From Eledone cirrhosa (taxonomy: Eukaryota), in the NCBI GenBank assembly GCA_964016885.1, contig OZ024741.1:217310001-217374000 (forward strand): 64,000 bases of DNA, written 5' to 3'. Position numbers and translations under genes: made by a program. Below, piece by piece: positions 1 to 64,000 of this stretch. The notes below the pieces were generated by a model. The model was given only the letters and a program-made list of their open reading frames with translations, had not been told where the DNA came from and made no database searches. How positions within the stretch are numbered: the first letter of the stretch is position 1; each line of letters starts with the position of its first letter.

Positions 1-757
1 GCAATATACATGGACGGCAAAGTATCAATACACTGTGTGAGGAATTAAGCTTGAGAGAAATCAATTGTTGCATGCAGGAGAGGAGATTGCATTGGTCTGG
101 ACATGTGATGCATATGAAGGATGACAGCTGTATAATAAGGTTCAGAGCGCTTAAAGTCGATGGTAGCTGTGGTATGGGCAGGACTAGGAAGACTTAGGAT
201 GAGGTAATAAAAGCTGACCTTGCATAATTACACCTCTCAAAGGCAATGACTCAGGACTGCAACCTCTGGCGCTATGCAGTTTTACAGAAGACCCACTCTC
301 TATTGTTCTCGGGATGATGCTATACCTAGTAGGCAACACCTTCCTCAACCTTCTATCCCCTCTCATTCACCTCCCTCATCGGTAACCATACCTTCCCTAC
401 TACCCTGTCCACATTTTTTCCCCCAAGCCGCTCCACTCTCGCTAGTCAGATAAAAGTGCCTAGGCCTCACTGTGTTGTGTCGGTGACGCAACAAAGGTGC
501 TCAGTCTACACTGTAAAGAACATCCAGCCCACACAGTGAAGTGATCATGTAGGTGTCACAACAAAAAGCACCGAGCACATGCAGTCAATGTGGTTGGCTT
601 TAGGAAGGGCATCCAGCTATAGAAAACCAGCCAGAAACTCTCCTATATAAGCAAGACATGGTCACTCGACCCAACTTGCCTCTAATTGGGACAAATCCAT
701 CTAAGCCGTGCTAGTGAGGAAGATAGACGTTAATCGACGATGATGATGATGATGATG
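1..757 (+). mobile_element. RTE LINE 3' fragment with (GAT)n tail, cut by the window edge
   Basis: ERRLHWSGHVMHM..D...G.GR.RKT relic, 3' UTR ending gacgttaatcgacgatgatgat; paralog of 17642..18398. Confidence 0.8.
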
Positions 758-759
758 AA

Positions 760-1130
760 CTTTTTCTCATACATGGGTGACGCAAACATGATCTTTTAAC
801 ACTGGCAAGGAGTTAGATTCTTTTCTGCATATGTTGTAGCGAAAGGTAAAAGAAAAGCCCCACGTGAATGTTGTTTAGATTAAGTGATGTTAGAAGCTCT
901 TGAAGTGAAAAATTGCCTTGCACTAGATCAACCCCAATCTCTGAACAATGGTGACAGGTATCCCCAAAATAATAACAGGTCAACATCATTAACTGCCATT
1001 GTGTTGAAGGCTTTATATCAGAGTGTTGTTCCTTCTCCTAGACTGATGTCCTAACAAGAACTAGGAGTTTCTCACTCCCAGTTGGCTAGCCATGCACTCG
1101 GGTACCCCACCAAATATTTCCATGTCACTG
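760..1130 (-). mobile_element. Short dispersed repeat with a decayed single C2H2 zinc-finger frame (related copies ~1950-2340, ~2440-2760, ~49590-49850 and in the duplicated blocks)
   Basis: Diverged copies share ctaggagaagga..actctgat and aatgatgttgacctgtt. They translate to NICRKESNSLPVLKDHVCVTH or CSLCTRVFKSLAGLKSH. Confidence 0.55.
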
Positions 1131-1162
1131 GACACCCATACATAATACATTAATGATTTCTA

Positions 1163-1370
1163 GTATAAGCACAAGGCCAGTAATTTGGGGGAAGGGGAAG
1201 GTAGATTAAATCGACCCCAGTACGTTACTGGTACTTTATTTTATCGACCCCATAAGGTTGAAAGGCAAAGTTAAACTCGGCGGGATTTGAACTCAGACCG
1301 TAAAGGGATGTAACTCTTTGCTGCAAAGCATGGTGTCCGACCCTCTACCAATACTGCCAGTTCACCGCCT
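1163..1370 (-). mobile_element. tRNA-derived SINE (related copies ~16940-17118, ~18805-19010, ~22760-22940, ~26350-26520, ~28220-28428; + strand ~61310-61450)
   Basis: Minus strand reads ggcggtgaactggcag...gagttcaaatcccgccgag (B-box-like) then tttgcctttca.cctt..ggggtcgataaaataaagtaccag, a central domain I recognise from abundant octopus SINEs. Confidence 0.75.
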
Positions 1371-1497
1371 TCATAATACATTAATACATATATTTATATA
1401 TCATCATCATTATTATATATACATACACAGATACATATGTACATAAACTGATACACATAACTACATGCAATGTTAAAAGTCACATATGTATATATAC

Positions 1498-1581
1498 CTT
1501 TAGGTGGACCAAACCTTGTACAAACTATGTGACCTCTTTCAACACAATGACTTCTGTTACAGTCTATTCTAAATGATTCTT
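1498..1581 (-). pseudogene. Degenerate, 5'-truncated module exon (ESFRIDCNRSHCVERGHIVCTRFGPPK)
   Basis: Three of six Cys missing; donor retained; within ORF 1394..1660. Confidence 0.65.
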
Positions 1582-2943
1582 CTGATGATGATACATATAT
1601 ATATATATGATGAAACATATATATATGTATCATCATCAGTCCATGCTGTAAAGTGGTCATGTAGGGGACATGTTAAATAGCACCCAGCACACACTGAAAA
1701 AGTTGTTGGTGTTAGGAAGGATATCCAGCCAGAAAAACCAAGCCAAAATCGGGAGCAAATCACGGTCCCCTAACCTGATCTCTCACAAAGGGACAGCTTG
1801 TCGAATCTATGCTAGCATGGAAGATGGATGATAAACGATGATGATAATGTTGATGATGATGATGATCATGATCATTATCATTTTATGTCTGTAATCCATG
1901 CTGACTTGGGTTTGGGGAGTTTGTCCCCAAATACATACATAGTAATGGCTGCATCTCAGTTTTGAGAATTGCCATCCCTTGACCTTTTTCTCATACATGA
2001 GTGTCTCAAGGACTTAGATTCCTTTCTGCATATATTGCAGCAAAAGCTAAGAAAAAATACCATGCTTACACAACATACGTGAATGTCGTTGAGATTAAGC
2101 AATGCCTGTGCTTGAAGTTTTTTTAAATGAAGAAAGGCTTTGCACTGGACCAATCCCACTCTCTGAACAATGGTGACAGGTATCCAAGAAGAACAGGTCA
2201 ACATCATTGGCTGTCATTGAGGCACAGGTTTTACATCAGAGTTTTTCTTCTCCTAGAATGATGTCCTAATAAGAACTTAGGGTATTTTTCTCCCAACATG
2301 CTAACTGTGCACTTTGGCAACAAACCAAGTATTTCCATGCTCCTGCACATACATATATAATGGTGGCTGCCAACTCGTTTTCGAGTACGGCCACTACTTT
2401 ATATCCATGTAGGAGAACCCCTACCGATGCGCTGAACGAATGTGACTTTAGTCCAGCCAGCGACTTGAAAACTCTGGTACAAAGACTACACTTGTGACCA
2501 TTATTGACACAGTGCAGGGCCCATGGTACCATGTGATGACAAGTGCAGAGAGATCTCCAGATATAAAGCAATGCCTGTGCTGTGAAGCTTTTATAGTGAG
2601 CAAAGGCACTGCACAAAGCCAGTCCCACTCTCTTAACCAAGATGATATTTACCAAAAAGAAGAACAGGTCAACATCATTGGATACCATCAGGGTTGCAGG
2701 TGTTATATCAGAGTTTTCCTTCTCCTAGAATTCTGCCTTGACAAAGGCTAAGGGGTCATCTCTCCCGGTATATACATGTGTGTATATATGTGTGTATATA
2801 TGCATGTATGTATGTATACATATATAATACACACATCAATACATACATAATACATACATAAACACATACATGCATATATATCAACATCACCATCATCATC
2901 TGTACATGTACAGACACACATAACTACTTGCAATGTTAAAAGA

Positions 2944-3019
<76 letters not shown>

Positions 3020-3020
<1 letters not shown>

Positions 3021-3540
3021 GGATTACAGACTGGCAACTCAAGCTAGCTGCGGACAAGTGTACCACCATGCATTTTAAGCAGAAAAACCCAGCATACACA
3101 TATTCCCTCCACAACACCAATCTCAAGAAGCCTTGTTGTGAACGTGACCTGGGCATTATTGTCAACAGTGATTTGCATTGCACCAGGCACATCTCTAAAA
3201 TTGTCAAGAAGGCTCTCCAGCTATCTATCTAAAGCTGTATATAGCTATGGTGCGTCCGAACTGAGAATTTGCATCACCACTTTGGAACTCCTATCTTGGT
3301 CAGAATATTGACCTCCTGGAATGTGTTCAGAGACGTGCAACCAAATGAATACCCTCCATCAGGCATCTACCATACTCTGAATGCCTTGCTTCCTTGGGTA
3401 TAGATACATTAAAGCTCTGATGTCTGGCAACTGACTTGGTAGATACTCACAAAATTATTAACCATCTTTCCAACAGCAACCCTGGGTGCCTTTTTGAATT
3501 TCATGTATCTAAAACCTGTGGACAAGCTTACAAAATCAGT
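3020..3540 (+). mobile_element. CR1/L2-group LINE RT C-terminal relic (copies at ~20150-20670, ~29570-30090, partial ~48515-48770)
   Basis: W..DWQLKL...KC..MHF, ERDLGIIV.SDL....HI..IVKKA, LY...VRP..EFAS.LWN, LECVQRRATK motifs. Confidence 0.8.
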
Positions 3541-3598
3541 TGTAGTGCACTTGAGCAGCGTATATAGTAATGTTCATTATTATATTATTATTATATAC

Positions 3599-62759
<59,161 letters not shown>

Positions 62760-63001
62760 CTGGAACATATTTAAGAAGTATGTGGTCGAGAATCAGCATG
62801 CAGGAGTTTTAACGGAAAAACAATTTAACCTAATAACAAATGTTTTGATAATCCAACACAGACAAAGCAGACTTTGCTAACATCAATTTTTGTACATCTT
62901 ATAAAGATCCTTTATATATATATATATATATGTATATATAGTAATAATAATAAATTTGAAGACTAAAATCCAAAGAGGGCTCGATAAGGATAAATATACA
63001 T

Positions 63002-63127
<126 letters not shown>

Positions 63128-63213
63128 GGAAAAATTTGAACAGGGACAAAACAGAGAGGCAGTACAACAAATGTTTATTAATTTCACGCTCTGGAGAGTG
63201 GGGTGTTGGTGAT

Positions 63214-63393
<180 letters not shown>

Positions 63394-63399
63394 GCGGTA

Positions 63400-64000
63400 C
63401 TCAGTAATAGAGAAGACCCACCTTACCTAAATACAAAGTAAAACCTACTACAGTCAGTAGGCATCTCTAACAAAATACACCCCCGTCCCACCACCCCCAC
63501 CCCATCCACACCGCCCCCCCTTCTATGTAAAGTTATGTTGGTGCCACACCATCCAGGCCGAAACAAATGAGATCGTGTAGGTGTCACGACAAAAAAACAC
63601 ACAGTCCACGCTGTAATGTGGCCGTGTAGGCAACACGGTAAAAACCTCCCAGACCCACACTGTAAATGTGGTTGGTGTTAGGAAGGGCATCCAACTGTAG
63701 AAAACCTGCCAGACAGTCCTATGCGAGCAAGACAATCACTCTTGCCTCAAGTGGGAAAACCCCCGTCCAAACCCATGCAAGCGTGGAACACGGACGTTAA
63801 ACGTTGATGATGATGATGATGATGATGATATATATATATATATATATATATATATCAACATTTAACGTCCGTGTTCCACGCTTGCATGGGTTTGTACGGG
63901 GGTATTCCCACTTGAGGCAAGAGTGATTGTCTTGCTCGCATAGGACTGTCTGGCAGGTTTTCTACAGTTGGATGCCCTTCCTAACACCAACCACATTTAC
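63400..64000. mobile_element. RTE 3' UTR fragment (+) followed by an inverted copy (-) across (GAT)n(TA)n
   Basis: Homologous to 59700-60130; 63662..63808 is mirrored by 63854..64000 with a few mismatches. Confidence 0.8.

Noticed and set aside
1280-1370. tRNA gene
   Set aside because: A/B-box-like head of a SINE with a SINE body attached; no intact cloverleaf evident.
2266-2688. 140-aa ORF as a host C2H2 zinc-finger gene
   Set aside because: Single incomplete finger inside a dispersed repeat whose other copies are frameshifted.

Overview
Eukaryotic, AT-rich, microsatellite- and retroelement-rich DNA. The SINE and RTE 3'-end repertoire looks like that of an octopod cephalopod (inference). 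Two systems stand out. (1) A minus-strand gene, with both ends outside the window, made of 33 symmetric phase-1/phase-1 exons of 138 bp (one may be 144 bp). Each exon encodes one 46-aa, six-Cys pacifastin/VWC-like module (C-x16-CNxCxC-x3-G-x3-CT-x3-C). Two divergent upstream exons start with a dibasic KR site. Thirty-one recently amplified exons have an N-x-T sequon there instead and vary at the predicted reactive loop (RMF, RMR, RTR, RML, WMR, QML versus KKR, KKN). The amplified exons sit in ~1.4-kb tandem units, each with an antisense RTE-LINE relic, nested in higher-order duplications that also hold dead or damaged exon copies. (2) The ~12-kb intron between the two KR-type exons holds three unrelated repeat families, each in inverted or palindromic arrangement and each carrying a type-I hammerhead ribozyme motif of the Penelope/retrozyme kind. 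The largest is a 593-bp head-to-head tandem array with seven hammerheads carrying a U3-A8 covariant core. Most ORFs in the supplied track are TE relics or microsatellite artefacts.
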